DNA of 62,233 nucleotides, filler included, from Choristocarpus tenellus KU-1152 (GCA_964200185.2; 13 parts of 13 records of this genome joined end to end with filler, not necessarily neighbours in it), one strand, 5' to 3'; positions 1 through 12,338 are shown, numbered from the whole stretch's first letter. Numbers and translations: made by a program. The notes: generated by a model not told the origin, from the sequence alone.

Positions 1-677
1 CCCCCCTCAGGTCATCTGCTTCTAGACCCTCTCGGCGGTCCTGAAAGCCCCCCCCCCCACCCAAAGGATTAAGAATCACGGTGTCAGATCCAAATAGTGA
101 AATCTTTGCAGCCATCTGACTTTCATCGCAAGAAGCCAGAAAAAGGTGGGAGGTGGGTGGGTTGGTTGGTTGAATGAAATTCATCAGAAAAAAAAATAGA
201 ATTAGAGAACCAGGGGACAAGGTCTGGGCAGGGTGTTACGAGAGGCTGCAAAGCTGAAATGACATGCGTCTTATTAAATCTGGTGCAATTTCCCTGGAAT
301 TTGGTTCACATTCTGTCTATGGCATCACCTGGTCACACGAGGATGGTGGGTGACCTCACATAAAACTGAGATAGACAAACACTCACCTGTCAACCAACAC
401 CTACATGTACCACCTTCTCTGTCCCAGGATTTTTATGTATTTTATCGCTGAAGTGAGTGAGGTTCTCCAACATGGGGCACAGGGGCAGGGGAGAGGAACC
501 TCACACAAGCAAGCCAGCAGGGCATCTGATGTGTTCCATCCCATGTTCAGCTACATACTAAGACCGTAGGAAAATACCAAGGGGGCTGAGTAATGATCAT
601 ACATTTGGTGTGCGGGTATAAGGAAAGGGAGGGGTATCAATTCAAGAGAGGGATGATAGAAGTTGGGCAGTTGCCTA

Positions 678-1808
678 CCTTCACGTGAAAAATGAATCCA
701 TCAGGATCATCATGTATATCCACCAGCAGACTCTGCAGATTCTCCTGAGCAATGAAAACACAAAGGAGCAGCGAAGACGAAGGAAAAGAACACAGGGGGG
801 AAGGTGAGGATAGGGAGGGTTCAATAATGTCTTCCTTTGTCTTGACTTACCATGGTATGCTGCATATCATACATTCCATAGTTGCGAAAATGTTGCCTGC
901 CGTAGCATTAGCATTGTAGATTGCAATAGCAAGCCAGAGCATGCATTAAACATCAACAGCGTATTTCTTCTTCACAGTAGTACATAGACATAGTACAATA
1001 AAATTGGGATGTTGGGAGGTACTCCCTTGTTAGAAGGAGAAAGCAAACGAGGGTAGGAGGGGATGCAGGGGAGAGAGAGTGCCTTTTCCCGACAACTATT
1101 TTTGAGACAGGGTAAAAAAGGTATTCCACAATGAGCGGCCAGGAACTGCACCTGCTGGTGCATGAAGGTGTCGAAGTCTGGCATGCGCATTATGTGATTC
1201 TCTCCCGAACTAAGCATCATGCTCCGGGGGGAAATCACACCCCGGACAGAAGATCGAAGTAGTTGAGACTACAAGGCAATGGTGACAGGGTGGGGAAGGC
1301 AGTTGGATGAGGAATGAGGGTGGGCCTAAAGGTATAGATTCCTGGAGTTAGTGATATAGATGCGAAATTCTCGTCCCTCGACTAAGGATACAAGCGACAC
1401 CACATCCTTGTGCAACCAGAAGGGTGTCGCCACCAAATACTATCACAAATCTTTGGTGAAAGGTAGACAAGCACAAGGTCGCATAGGATTTCATTCTAAA
1501 AAATATGAACCAGCATCTTCTAAAGGTAATAAAGAACAGGAAACCCTACAGGGTGACTTTGCTGTGGTGGGGTTGGGGCTCGAGATGTATCTCTCGTCGT
1601 GTACCAATGTCTTGAGGTCAACATCCCCAAGCAACATGGTGCCTGTATGCTGACACAAGGTTAATCGCATCGTAAAATATAATTGTGTAGAACAGATCTC
1701 AATTTGAACAGGCACGATCCAACAAACCTTTTCGCCCTCGATCATTGAATCATTTGCACTATCCTTGGCACAGAAAGCTACGGGGGTTGAAGATTGGGGA
1801 TCCGACAT
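678..1808 (-). CDS. Multi-exon gene of unknown function (5' part; continues toward the window start)
   Basis: Phase-compatible exons 1808-1728 (MSDPQ..EGEK), 1649-1545 (HTGTM..SPCR), 1268-1152 (SQLLR..FMHQQ), a probable micro-exon GVPPNIPIL near 1025-997, about 896-851 (QHFRNYGMYDMQHTM, GTAAGT donor) and about 744-679 (ENLQSLLVDIHDDPDGFIFHVK, GTAGGC donor). No domain recognised. Confidence 0.45.
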
Positions 1809-2280
1809 TGCCGTAGATGCCAGCTCTAGTGGCTCCTCACATTGTCGTAGCGATTCTTCCTAAGGATAATGATTTCTTGGATGTGGGGCTTGCGGAGGAG
1901 TTGTGCATTTGCTGGCAACTACAAGACTTTCAAGAGTTTGGACATGTGGGGTATGTAGTTGACCATATTCAAAGGAGTACAGGCATCAGAACAGTAATAA
2001 GAGATTGACTTTCCCAACACCAGTAGATAATACATTAGCACCTCAATCGCCATGAGGTCATTCCGAGAATGCGACGGCCACATTGTCCTTCACCCTTTAA
2101 ATTGATATAAGTAACCACTAAACCAGGGTTGTTGAAGCCTCAAACAAAACAGGTATTTATTGACGGTGGTAGAGAAAGAGGACTTGATTCGTCCAGCAAC
2201 GATCCGTAACATAAAATATATAATAGATGTATATGGACTCTTCCATTGTGAAGTGAAGAGGTTTCGGATAATCGTTCAAT

Positions 2281-2894
2281 TTTATTTTTTTGCCCTCTGA
2301 CATTTTGCAGATGTGTCAGGGGGGAAACCAATGGAAACTACAGTACCTACTATTTTTTTAGCCCTCTGACATTTTGCAGATGTGTCAGGGGGAAAACCAA
2401 TGGAAACTACAGTACCTACCATTTTTATTGCCCTCTGACATTTTGCAGATGTGACAGGGGGGAAACCAATGGAAAGTGAGAGTTTATGAAGTAAACTGAG
2501 TTTTGAGGGCGGGAGAATTCTGGTTGGCTGGGGGCACAGGTCAAGAATGTGCGGATAGAAAAGAAAGAAGAAGAGAATGAATAGTTAAGGAAGGAACGAG
2601 AGAGTTAATGAAATTGAGTGATAGGCAGAAGCAGAGGATAGCAGTCAGGAAATTAAGGGTACGAGATAAGGAGGGAAGGATAAGACAACCTCCGAGCAAG
2701 CTTCTCGCCGGAGTGGATCAAGACATAACCTGAACAATCTTTCCGAAAGCTGGAAGGGAGAAAGGTCTGACGGAAGGGGTGGGGATGCTTGAGAAACGGA
2801 TACAGAAATGGTAAGAGAAGGTCAACAAGGTAAGGGGTCTGATGAGTGAGACGATGAACAACGGTGTGGATAGGTGTAGGGTAGGTAGGGAATA
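2281..2894 (-). mobile_element. 3' end of a non-LTR retrotransposon with a triplicated terminal stem-loop and A-tail
   Basis: Minus strand reads a decayed ORF2-like tail (..ARSLLGG..RTLNFL..), then three ~61-bp units each with the hairpin CCCTCTGACA..TGTCAGGGG followed by an A-rich tract. The 2476-2580 segment recurs inverted at 36261-36365. Confidence 0.55.
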
Positions 2895-2994
2895 NNNNNN
2901 NNNNNNNNNNNNNNNNNNNNNNNNNNNNNNNNNNNNNNTTAATTAATTAANNNNNNNNNNNNNNNNNNNNNNNNNNNNNNNNNNNNNNNNNNNN
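2895..2994. other. Artificial contig linker N44-TTAATTAATTAA-N44
   Basis: The same ~100-bp linker, with stops in all six frames, also starts at about 6544, 10075, 13917, 21332, 24421, 36161, 42366, 48856, 52652, 56599 and 59272. A separate 10-N gap lies at 20831-20840. Confidence 0.97.
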
Positions 2995-5600
2995 GGATAC
3001 TTTAACAGGACTCTTTGTGTGACTTTACTTGTTGTGTATGGCGAATCAATTCAACCAACGGTTCTGTTGCTGTTGCTAGGTGGGGAATGTACTTCCTAAC
3101 AAAGTTCATTGAACCTAAAAACGATTGCAAGGGCCTTTCACAGTTTGAGGAGGGTGCATCTCTAATGTAGTGTCAATACGAGCTTGGGATACAGCAATTC
3201 CTTGTGGGCTAACATCATGTCCCAAATAATGGATTGTTTTGTAGCCAAATTGAGCCTTGGATGGCTTTAACGTAACCCCTACATCTTGTAACAGTGACAA
3301 AACTGTAGTGGTCAACTGTTTATGGTGTGTCCATGATGGAGAGACTAAAACAATATCGTCTAAATATATCAACAACCCTGAGCTAGGACCGATACTGAAA
3401 AAGGTTTCAGACATAAAGCGTTGGAAGATCCACGGTGCATTTTGTACTCCAAATGATAACCTCTGTAACTCATATTTCCGATCCGGCGTGATGAAGGCAG
3501 TTTTTTGTCGGTCGCATTCATCAGTGATCGGTAGTTGCCAGTAGGCTGATTAAATATCTAAACAAGATACATATTTTGAACCCCCCAACGTGGATAAGCA
3601 CTCATCCATGGATGGCAACGGCTATGAATTACGTATCAGATGTCTATTTATGGTTCCTCTAAAATCCACACAGAATCGAGGTGATCCATCTGGTTTGGCA
3701 ACAGTGGTAACAGGGGATGCCCATGGGCTAGATGAGGGTCTTATAATACCCTGATTCTCCATATCAGTTACACATTGTCGAATAGTGTCGCGTATTTTTG
3801 GTTCCGCGCGATACGGTGGTCTACTAACTAGTTTAGTGCCTGGTTGTAGTGGAATTTTGACAGATGTAGGGGTACAGCAACCTTATTCTTTTTCGGATAA
3901 TGAAAAGACTGGTCTGAATTTAGCCACTATACCTAGTAATTCCTCTTGTTCAGCTAGTGTCAGTTGAGTATTTGTAAAAACCTTCTTAGAAAAAACCAAC
4001 TTCAATTCTTCCCTAGCCTGTTTCAGTTCTTCAGGGGTAGATGGTGTGGCTGCAACTGCACTTACTGTGGTGTCTGACAAGGTATATGTTTTTGATACAA
4101 GGGAAACATGACCAACTACAAACTCAGCTGGTAACTTGATCCCTTTTTGTGACAAATTGGCATTTTTGACTAGACATCCTCCATCCTCTTCCCAAATAGT
4201 GAGGGTACGACTGACCATTATGTGTTGCCAGTGGGGATGTATGTCGCCCTCATGCTGGAGGTCCGTGCCAGTGTAAATGATAGGTTCCACTATTGCATCG
4301 GTAGCTGTTCCTCGAAGTGCCTGAGAACAAACTGGAACAAGCGTTTCCGTGCCAGGGGGAAGGAGTATCTTTTTTACTGTGTGCACTGGTGTATTGAATT
4401 CAGATGTGATTACTGAAATTGGAACATGAGATGTATTTTCTGCCTGGCAAAAATCGTTTGGGGGGGAACAGATGGGAAGGAGTACGATTTTGTGTTTTGC
4501 TGGAATGCACTGATCACTGTCTTTAAACGCCATCTCCTCTCTATCCCAATCTAACACTCCCCGGAATGCCGACATAATGCTGTTATCCAACAAAATCTTA
4601 TCTACTCCCAGATTAGGTATGACTACTGCTTGGATAGGCATTGATATGTCACCAAGTTGTAGTGTAAATTAAATGAAACCAGTCAGAGAGAGAGGTCTAC
4701 CACCTGCTCCTTTTTAATTCAGAGCGCCTGCTCGAATCTCCCGAATGGGTGCCTTGCAAAGTGTTGGGTGGGCTTCAATGTATCTGAGAGATATTACCGG
4801 AATGTCAGTGGCAATATCAACAGTAATGCTCATTAAAGGTTCATTTTCAGCATACCCAGGAATTCTTACGCGGCGAGATGAAACATTTAGCACGCAAGGG
4901 GAGTTAGAATAGAGTTGGATTGCTGATGCGTGCCAACAGTATGAAAACGTGGAACAATACATTTGAGGTGTAAAAGACATGTCACCCACGTCCAAAAGTG
5001 GTTGTGAGGAAAAAGAAAGAGCAGATGCAACAGTTGTTACATGTCCTGCTTGTGGCAACATTTGGTGTGCCGACCTTGAGTATTTACAGTGTTGGGTCTT
5101 ATTTGCTCTCTCCCACATCTGAGTCTGCCCAAAACACTAAGTCACTAGTTTTCTTTGTCTTCCTAACCTTATAGATTCCAGGGAAACAGAATCAGTAGGG
5201 CATCTCTATATTCTCTCATTTCTCACTCTCTCCTCCTGTGGTTCTATGTTACCCTGCAGGGGTTTATTGGAGGAATAATAGAGATTTCTGACAGGCAGTA
5301 CCTGTTTTGATCACCAATAAAAGCTGACAAATTGAACGCTTTTTGTGGTTGTTGTAGCTATACATGAGGGAAATGTCTAACCCATTTTTGAAATTTGGCA
5401 ACAGGGGAATAGGACAAAGCCTGTGTTCCAGAACTCATGGGGTAAGTCTTTGTGAGAAGATATATCATGATCAAGGATCAAGTACCTAGCCCCAGTGAGT
5501 ATGGTCGAGGTAGGGTGGGACAATGTACTCATCTTCATATTTAAAGTTTGCATGGCGGGTGCCAATGTGCAATATAGAGTGATAGTTTATATAGTTTATA
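2995..5600 (-). mobile_element. Degenerate Ty3/Gypsy LTR retrotransposon (gag remnant, protease, dUTPase-like spacer, RT)
   Basis: RT motifs SPWASPV..KPDGSPRFCVDFR, SAYWQ, KTAFITP, FGVQNAP, YLDDI and YLGH between 3115 and 3880, with in-frame stops. Protease/spacer ORF at 3883-4641 (ILLPPGTETLVPV..IVEP..ANLS). Confidence 0.9.
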
Positions 5601-5803
5601 GGTTTTTAGTGAACCCTGCTAGACAACAGGAATGTTGACTAAGTGGAACAAGTAACATTGATTCATGTTTGTGTGTGTAATGTAATGAGTTCGAATTTCA
5701 GATGATCGATTTCTAATTACTTAATATGAATGGACTGAGGGAGAAGGTCTGCCGTAGTAGTAGCTAGTACTAGCTAGCTGCAAAGGATAAGTGACAAAAT
5801 ACG

Positions 5804-6070
5804 TGTAACGGCAGGACACGTTTGGCAGGACACGTTTTGATGTGAAAGCTGATGAGTCAGCTGATATACGCAATAAACAAGATAACGAAAGAGAGCTCCC
5901 CCCACCACCAACCAAGGGCTGTGCTCACTCTCCGCTAATAAACATATCCATACCACACAAAGCAAAATTCTCTACTTGAGTCATTGTTCTCTTTTGCATA
6001 GCCAATAAATCTTTGTCATGCGAATTCCCCTCAATCGCCTCATCGACAATCTTGGCGTGGACGAGTTGGC
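5804..6070 (+). mobile_element. Candidate LTR (TG..CA) with PBS-like site, from a separate element
   Basis: Starts TGTAACGG at 5804, has AATAAA near 6004, ends ATCGACA at 6048, and is followed 4 nt later by TGGCGTGGACGAG. No second LTR is visible. Confidence 0.3.
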
Positions 6071-6643
6071 GATTCATGTACCTCTCGATATATCGAACGT
6101 CGCCACCGCAATGTGTTCGCCTTTTTCCTGGTGATCTTCAGTCAACACGCTGAACCGGTTCAGGCCCGAATTACGGGCAGGGCCTTCCCTCAGCCTCTGC
6201 TCCGCCATCCCTTCCTGCTCTAGCAAGCCACCAGGGATGCCTCTGTCTTCAGAAATAGACGCGGGACTCGGTTGAGGTTGGGCGTTTATACTACCCCCCT
6301 CATTACCTCCTTCAGTTGTTTGCGTTGCATGGGTCTTCTTCTTCTCCCCCTTGCGAGTTGCAGACTTCTCTTTGCTAATTGCTGCTGGTATGTGATATTG
6401 CAGAAGGTGTGGGGGTGGTAGTGTCCGACATAACGCGGTGTGAGTTAGCTCCCCTTGAACACTAGGCGTGAGTACTACTGTGGAAGTGTCAAAGGTGCCA
6501 AGTTCTCTGCTCAAGGGGGCAATCACAATCACCGGAATGAAACNNNNNNNNNNNNNNNNNNNNNNNNNNNNNNNNNNNNNNNNNNNNTTAATTAATTAAN
6601 NNNNNNNNNNNNNNNNNNNNNNNNNNNNNNNNNNNNNNNNNNN

Positions 6644-6684
6644 TGGGGTGGGGTGGGGTGGGGTGGGGTGGGGTGGGGTGGGGT
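6644..6684 (+). repeat. (GGGGT)n microsatellite, G-quadruplex-prone
   Basis: About 8 tandem TGGGG units at a contig start. Confidence 0.9.
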
Positions 6685-7648
6685 TAGCTCAGCAAACCCC
6701 AAAGGCCTCACAAACATTAAATATTGGTATGAATCTGGGTTAAATTTATGATCCGATGATTGACGTCACATCATTGTGACCGTCCGCAACAAGTGCTCTG
6801 GGAATTCTCAAGATATCTTTGTGATCGATGTTGATGTTATCAACACCAATGACAAAGAAATGTGCGCGCAATGCACTTGTGCATGCACATGTGTTATAGG
6901 CAAATAGAGCAACTATGTCTCCTTCCTGCCACTTAACCAGCACGAGCAGTGTACACGCGTGTGGAACTCCAAAATGGGGAACTCCGATTTGCCAAAAGTA
7001 AATTAGTAAGATCTGTAACTTGGGAACGTATCCAACGGTTCTCAGATGTATTTCAACGTCCGTAAACTGACACAAAACCAAAACGGTAAATGATGATAAG
7101 ATTTCTCAAACGGCTCAAGCCCCCACATGGCTCACTCTTAGCTGATGCCAATTCTCATATTCATGGCAATTAATTCATAAAAGTACCCTTATCTGCCAAC
7201 CTGATATTCATTGGACCTTTTGACTGTCGGAGGGAGTATCCTGGGAGGCTTGTACGAGCATCAGGGTCATCTATAGGCCTGTGGATCGGAGCTATACATC
7301 CCGTCGAGGTAAGTTTTAGAGCGTGCTGTAACACACGGACATAAATTTGACTGGTAAGAACTCCCAATGACACCTGTCCATTACGTCACCATCCCAATGT
7401 GGGCTTTGTCTGCACTCGAGAAAATGAAGATCTGGTCAAGATATCATGGCAAATAGTTCCGTGGGAGAAGAAAAAATTCTTCATCTGGGTATCCCAAAAA
7501 TATTTGTACCCAATTGGAGGGATGAACCCAAAAAGATTATCAATCGTAGTTGAATCATGTAATGGAAAAAGGTAACTGAATCCTCCCGGTTATTCCATGG
7601 ATATTCATGCGACCAATTCGAGGGAGTTCCTCGAAAAGGTGTCCTCTA

Positions 7649-8082
7649 GACTCAGAGCATCATGGGGGGGGTGGCGGCTGTTCTTTCGATGCCCATTTTT
7701 CCATTTCGCAATTTTTGGGTGGTTTGGTTGCGTCAGTTGGACAATGTAGTGGACTTCTCCTGGTCAGGGCCACAATGGACACCCTATTGTCGAAGAGTCA
7801 AGGTATCTTAGAGGGTAGAGCCACGTCCGTTTGGGGTAAGAATAAAATGTCGCGATTTTGATGTAATTTTGGCTATCGTGTTTGTCAAGAAGTGTCAATA
7901 TCCTTGTTCCAGACACATATTTTCATAACATATACGTACTACCTACTCCGAAATATCTCGGGGTAGGAAAAAGTCACAAAACCCCGTGGGAAGTCAAGCC
8001 CCAAATGGACAAACAGGGCAAACCTCGTGCCCTCTAAGATACTTTGGGTTCAAACCCTCCCCCCACCCAGATACTGTGAGCC
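7649..8082 (-). mobile_element. MITE family B, old copy split by a family A insertion
   Basis: Degenerate B sequence at 7649-7794 resumes after 8051 and ends CCCAGATACTGTGAGCC. Confidence 0.7.
7795..8051 (+). mobile_element. MITE family A (nested in family B)
   Basis: TIR GAGTCAAGGTATCTTAGAGGGT..CCCTCTAAGATACTTTG, with an internal CCTACTCC..GGGTAGG hairpin. Confidence 0.9.
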
Positions 8083-8117
8083 TCTACCAGGTTGAAATAT
8101 AACTTCCAATGGTATGT

Positions 8118-8295
8118 GACTCTAAGTACCTGGGGGGGGTGGTGACTGTCCATTTGGAGCTAAATTGTTCATGTTGCGATTTTTGGGTGATTTGGTTCCA
8201 TACGTTCGATGGATAATGAAAGTGCACTTTTCCTGGTATTGGTCCAAATGGACACTTTGGTGAAGACCCTCCCCCCGCCCCAGATACTTTCTGTT
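8118..8295 (-). mobile_element. MITE family B
   Basis: AAGTACCTGGGGGG..CCCCAGATACTTT ends; body is the reverse complement of 10201-10382. Confidence 0.85.
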
Positions 8296-8855
8296 TATCC
8301 ATTGCGGGACTTGGCACCACAACCGAGAACTTGCAAAAGCGGTTGCGGGAATCCGTACGCAAAATTTTTCTCAATCTTCCCCTGTTTTGTTGAGACCTCC
8401 CGAAATGAGAGGTGTGGGGATGGTCGTTTTCGATTCCACAACACATCCAGTTCAGCTTGCTGACCTTGGACCAATTCCTGCTCAAGCTCAAGGTCGGAAA
8501 ATCGAATCTCAGCAATGGGAAGCGATAGTACATCCTGCTGCTAGTGTGCAGACCCTGACACTGCAGTTGAAGCGTCCCCAATTTCGACACCTGATCTATA
8601 CGCATATGCCAATACAGTGGCATCCATCAATGGATGAACGTCTGTGGGCAGGATAGGCAGCAGTCGAATACCCCATATAGATGATGGTTGGGTGCCAAGG
8701 TTGACCATGCACATGGCTATTCAGTCAGTCATCTTGGGTGGGGCCTATCCATCTATAGGAATTGAGTCTAACAAACGTGCACACTATTTGCCACGCTCTC
8801 CTTCCGAAAGCCCGGGCTCGTTCCCATTCCAGCATGTGCAGGTGGATCGAGGTGT

Positions 8856-9115
8856 GAGTCAGAGTATCTTAGAGAGTAGAGCCGCGTCCGTTTAGGAGTT
8901 GAAACCCCATGTTGAGATTTTGGTGTAAATTTGGCTATCGTGTTTGTTCGGAAGTATCAATATCCTTGTTCCGGACACACCTTTTCATAACGTACAAATT
9001 TTTCCTATTCCAAAACATTTCGGAGTAGGAAAATGCCATAAAATCCCTATGGGAAACCAAGCTCTCCAAATAGACAAACACCGCAAAACTCGTACCATCA
9101 AAGATACTTTTACTC
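8856..9115 (+). mobile_element. MITE family A
   Basis: GAG..CTC termini, flanked by TGT/TGT (3-bp TSD). Confidence 0.9.
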
Positions 9116-9281
9116 TGTGGAAATAAATGTTGAGTGGAAATTGAGACACAAACTGGCGAGAGGTTTTGACAAATATCTGATGGTAGATGATAGATGTGCC
9201 ATTTTCCATCTGACCTTTCAAATTTCGCCGGTAATATATGTCACAGGTATACAGGCAATGTGAACCTGGATGATAGGGATT

Positions 9282-9540
9282 GAGCCAAAGTATCATAAAG
9301 GGTAGAGCCGCGTCCATTTGGGGTCCAAAGTTTAATGTTGCAATTTTCATACAATTTTGGTTGTAGTGTTTGTTAGGAAGTGTCAATATCCTTGTTCTAG
9401 GCACACCTTTTCATATCGTACACATTGTTCCTACTCCGAAATGTTTTTGGAGTAGGAAAATGTCATTAAAAAACAATAGGAAACCAAGCCCCAAATGGAC
9501 AAACAGGGCAAAACTCGTACCGTCTAAGATATTTTCACTC
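9282..9540 (+). mobile_element. MITE family A
   Basis: GAGCCAAAGTATC..GATATTTTCACTC, flanked by ATT/ATT (3-bp TSD). Confidence 0.9.
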
Positions 9541-10013
9541 ATTGCTTATCACATTTCCCTGGTCGATTTGATTGCTCATAGCCGAGAAGTATCACCCAAC
9601 AAATAAAAAAAAATACTGGAGTCGCTTATTTGGTGCCTCCTCTAATTTAATTCTATTGATCTATTGATGGTGCCAAGTCCAAAGTCCAAAAGATTTGGAG
9701 TGTGACACAAGCTCAGAGATGTTTCCTATTTCTTCTGTGTATCCATCCACCTGATTATGATTGGAGTTTGAGCCGTTATTGAAATTTAAATGAATTATTG
9801 TTTTTGCTCAGGGTGTTACGTACAGTGTTTTTCTTCTTGGTTCCCCGGGTTTTCATGGTGTAAAGTGAATAGCGACAGATGGGACAGAAGAGTAGTAGTG
9901 GTGTCTGGTACAGCCCATACGATGGAATTGCTTGCCAGCACGTGGACTTTACATCATCAAAACTATATTTCGATTGATAGATGTATAGCTTGATGGGGTT
10001 CGAGGCCGCTAAA

Positions 10014-10074
10014 GAGTGAAAGTATCTTAGAGGGTACGAGTTTTGCCCTGTTTGTCCATTTGGGGATTGGCTTC
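10014..10074 (-). mobile_element. MITE family A, truncated by a linker
   Basis: GAGTGAAAGTATCTTAGAGGGTACGAG terminus. Confidence 0.85.
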
Positions 10075-10200
10075 NNNNNNNNNNNNNNNNNNNNNNNNNN
10101 NNNNNNNNNNNNNNNNNNTTAATTAATTAANNNNNNNNNNNNNNNNNNNNNNNNNNNNNNNNNNNNNNNNNNNNTCCCCTCTCTTGCACATCAAGCTAAT

Positions 10201-10382
10201 GACCCAAAGTATCTGGGGGGGGGTGGGGAGTCAACACCAGGGTGTCCATTTCGTCCAAAATCAGGAAAAGTGCATATACATTATCCGTCCGACGTATGCA
10301 ACCAAATCACACAAAAATCACGACATGAAAAAAGTGACCCCAAATGGACAGCCGCCACCCCCCCCCCCAGATACTTTGAGCC
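10201..10382 (+). mobile_element. MITE family B
   Basis: GACCCAAAGTATCTGGGGG..CCCCCAGATACTTTGAGCC, flanked by TAAT/TAAT (4-bp TSD). Confidence 0.92.
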
Positions 10383-10789
10383 TAATCCATGATTTGTGAT
10401 GGTATGGGTCAGAAATTAGGGAGTGGAGCTGGTAATTCCAGGGAGTCTTTGGCCATTTGTCAAACTCAAGGCAGGGGATTGCTTAGGATCCGAGGTCAGA
10501 GGCTAGAGTCAATTTCTCTGCCTATGGAAGACATCAAGGGCATTCATCCAAGGCAAGGACACACCATCTGGTTTGAGGTTGTGGGTTTCACATGTCACAT
10601 CTTGGGTTTATGGTGTACTGAGCAATCTACAGTTAGCTATAGATTAGAAAGGTTTGGATATGTGGAAATTACTGGAGAGGATTAACGGGCTTGATCCTCA
10701 ATGCCCAATTGATGACCTGGAGTCATGAACAAATCTAAGGCTCTTGTATGTCATAAATGACAATATTTTCTGCATTCTTCGTAGTGGTG

Positions 10790-11380
10790 AGTTCCAGTCA
10801 GTGAGCGACTGTTAGCCTTGTTCAAAAGAATTAATAAATGTGTCACCAACTAGAGTTTCATATTTCTGCTCACCAATAGGCACAAATTACTTTTTCGAAT
10901 GAAGGAGTTGAACCAATCTTCACAAGCAGGTCCAGGAATTTCGTTGTACGGATACTTTGAAGTCGTAAATGATCAAAAATCGAAGTACTTCAAGGAATAC
11001 ATGTCAATTGCTTTTATCTAATGACATCTTGCTTCAGTTTCTAAGGATCGCAAATTGTTCCCAGGTAACAAGCAAGCAAGCAAGCGCTGTAGTCCTACCA
11101 AGTAAATGGGTAACATATTACTGCACCGTCTGCTAAATGGTTTGGACTTTAACTATTCAATTTGTTCCCTTCATCAACATATTCTTGTACCTACAATTGA
11201 TAAGTGAATGCTTGGAGTCATGCTGTACATGCTTTACTCTTTTAGAGACATGAACTTAGATTCACTGCATTACTCCATGGATCAGAGGTAATGATAAAAC
11301 CAAAACAGATGTAAGGCTACAGTAGTGCTTGGTGACCATGAAACATTTCATCGGCACCAGCCTGACCATGAAGATGTATC
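10790..11380 (-). pseudogene. Probable decayed KDZ (Kyakuja-Dileera-Zisupton)-type transposase core
   Basis: Read across frameshifts and stops, motifs occur in KDZ order: KCF..LTSVLVL..IHGVM..SKFMSLKE (cf. C.K..TGG..CPHG..K..ES), DYSACLLACYL..DP (cf. YD.AC.L..Y..P), AIDMYSLKY (cf. D.FH.K.H) and ACEDWFNSF..NMK..LL..N (cf. CEQ.FS..M..L..N). Recognised by eye only. Confidence 0.4.
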
Positions 11381-11789
11381 ATGCACATAGTGGATGGGAG
11401 CTGAATTGGATTCTCGTTTATTTCTCAGCGCTGCAAAAGGGAACAATCACCACTGCAATTCCTCTGAGTGTTCTGCGCTTATATTGTGTTGATGCCATGG
11501 TCCAATTTCCCAAAGAAGGTGTTCTGATTGATCCCTTGTCGAGCTCACTCTGTTCTCTTAGATGAAATTAGCTATGTTGATAGAATTTGAGCCTTGACAG
11601 AAGGCAACATGTATATGTGGTGTCTGTGACACCTAGGAGGAATGAAACAACTTATGCATTGCTTCCATTATAAGTGCAGGGTTCTGATATGTATTCATTC
11701 GTGTATGGCACTAGAAATTGTGTGGCATTTTTTCTCCAGCGGCTAAGGCATTGCCACATCAGTCAATTCTGTAAGGACCTAGTGCAGCA

Positions 11790-12047
11790 GAGTGAAAGTA
11801 TCTTAGAGGGTGCGAGTTTTTCCCTGTTTGTCCATTTGGGGCTTGGCCTCCCTTGGGGTTTTTACGACATTTTCCTACTCCATAATATTATGGAGTAGGA
11901 AAAATGTAAACGATATGAAAAGGTGGGCCCGGAACAAGGATATTGACACTTTCTAACAAACACGATAGCCAAAATTACATCAGAATCGCAACATTGGATT
12001 TTGGTCCCCAAATGGACGCAGCTCTACCCTCTAAGATACTTTGGCTC
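11790..12047 (-). mobile_element. MITE family A
   Basis: Full TIRs; AGCA/AGCA 4-bp TSD; perfect 34-bp palindrome at 11870-11903. Confidence 0.93.
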
Positions 12048-12338
12048 AGCATAAAAATTGCCATCCTGCTACCCAGTTCAATTTAAGCAGTGCAGCCCCT
12101 AGAAGATAGATACAGAAATCCCATGTGCCACCAATATTGTATATTTTGTTGACTTGAATTATCCTCTTTATACAAGCCTGTCAGAGGCTCAAATGATTCA
12201 TTTAAGGCTTTGCAAAGGATTGTAGGTTGGGTTCCCATGGGAATAGCTGGTTGCATCAAGCTACATGAAGATAATATCTGGTTGTTGGCATGCGATTTGA
12301 AACACCTTCAGCAATGTTTATTTTGCTGCTCTTGGCAG

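Noticed and set aside
2281-2476. CRISPR array or hammerhead ribozyme
   Set aside because: The units have no unique spacers and the context is eukaryotic with no cas genes. The hairpin reads CTGACAT, not the CUGANGA hammerhead core.
2939-2950. TTAATTAATTAA as a biological palindrome
   Set aside because: Always embedded in fixed-length N runs, so it is an assembly linker.
8300-8640. Kinase-like remnant (EIRFSDLELEQELVQG) on the minus strand
   Set aside because: No glycine loop, VAVK, HRD or DFG motif follows.
8944-9606. Recurring small ORFs (MLGSVNILV.., SQSILEG..) as a peptide family
   Set aside because: They are incidental translations of MITE A and B copies, with inconsistent frames and stops.
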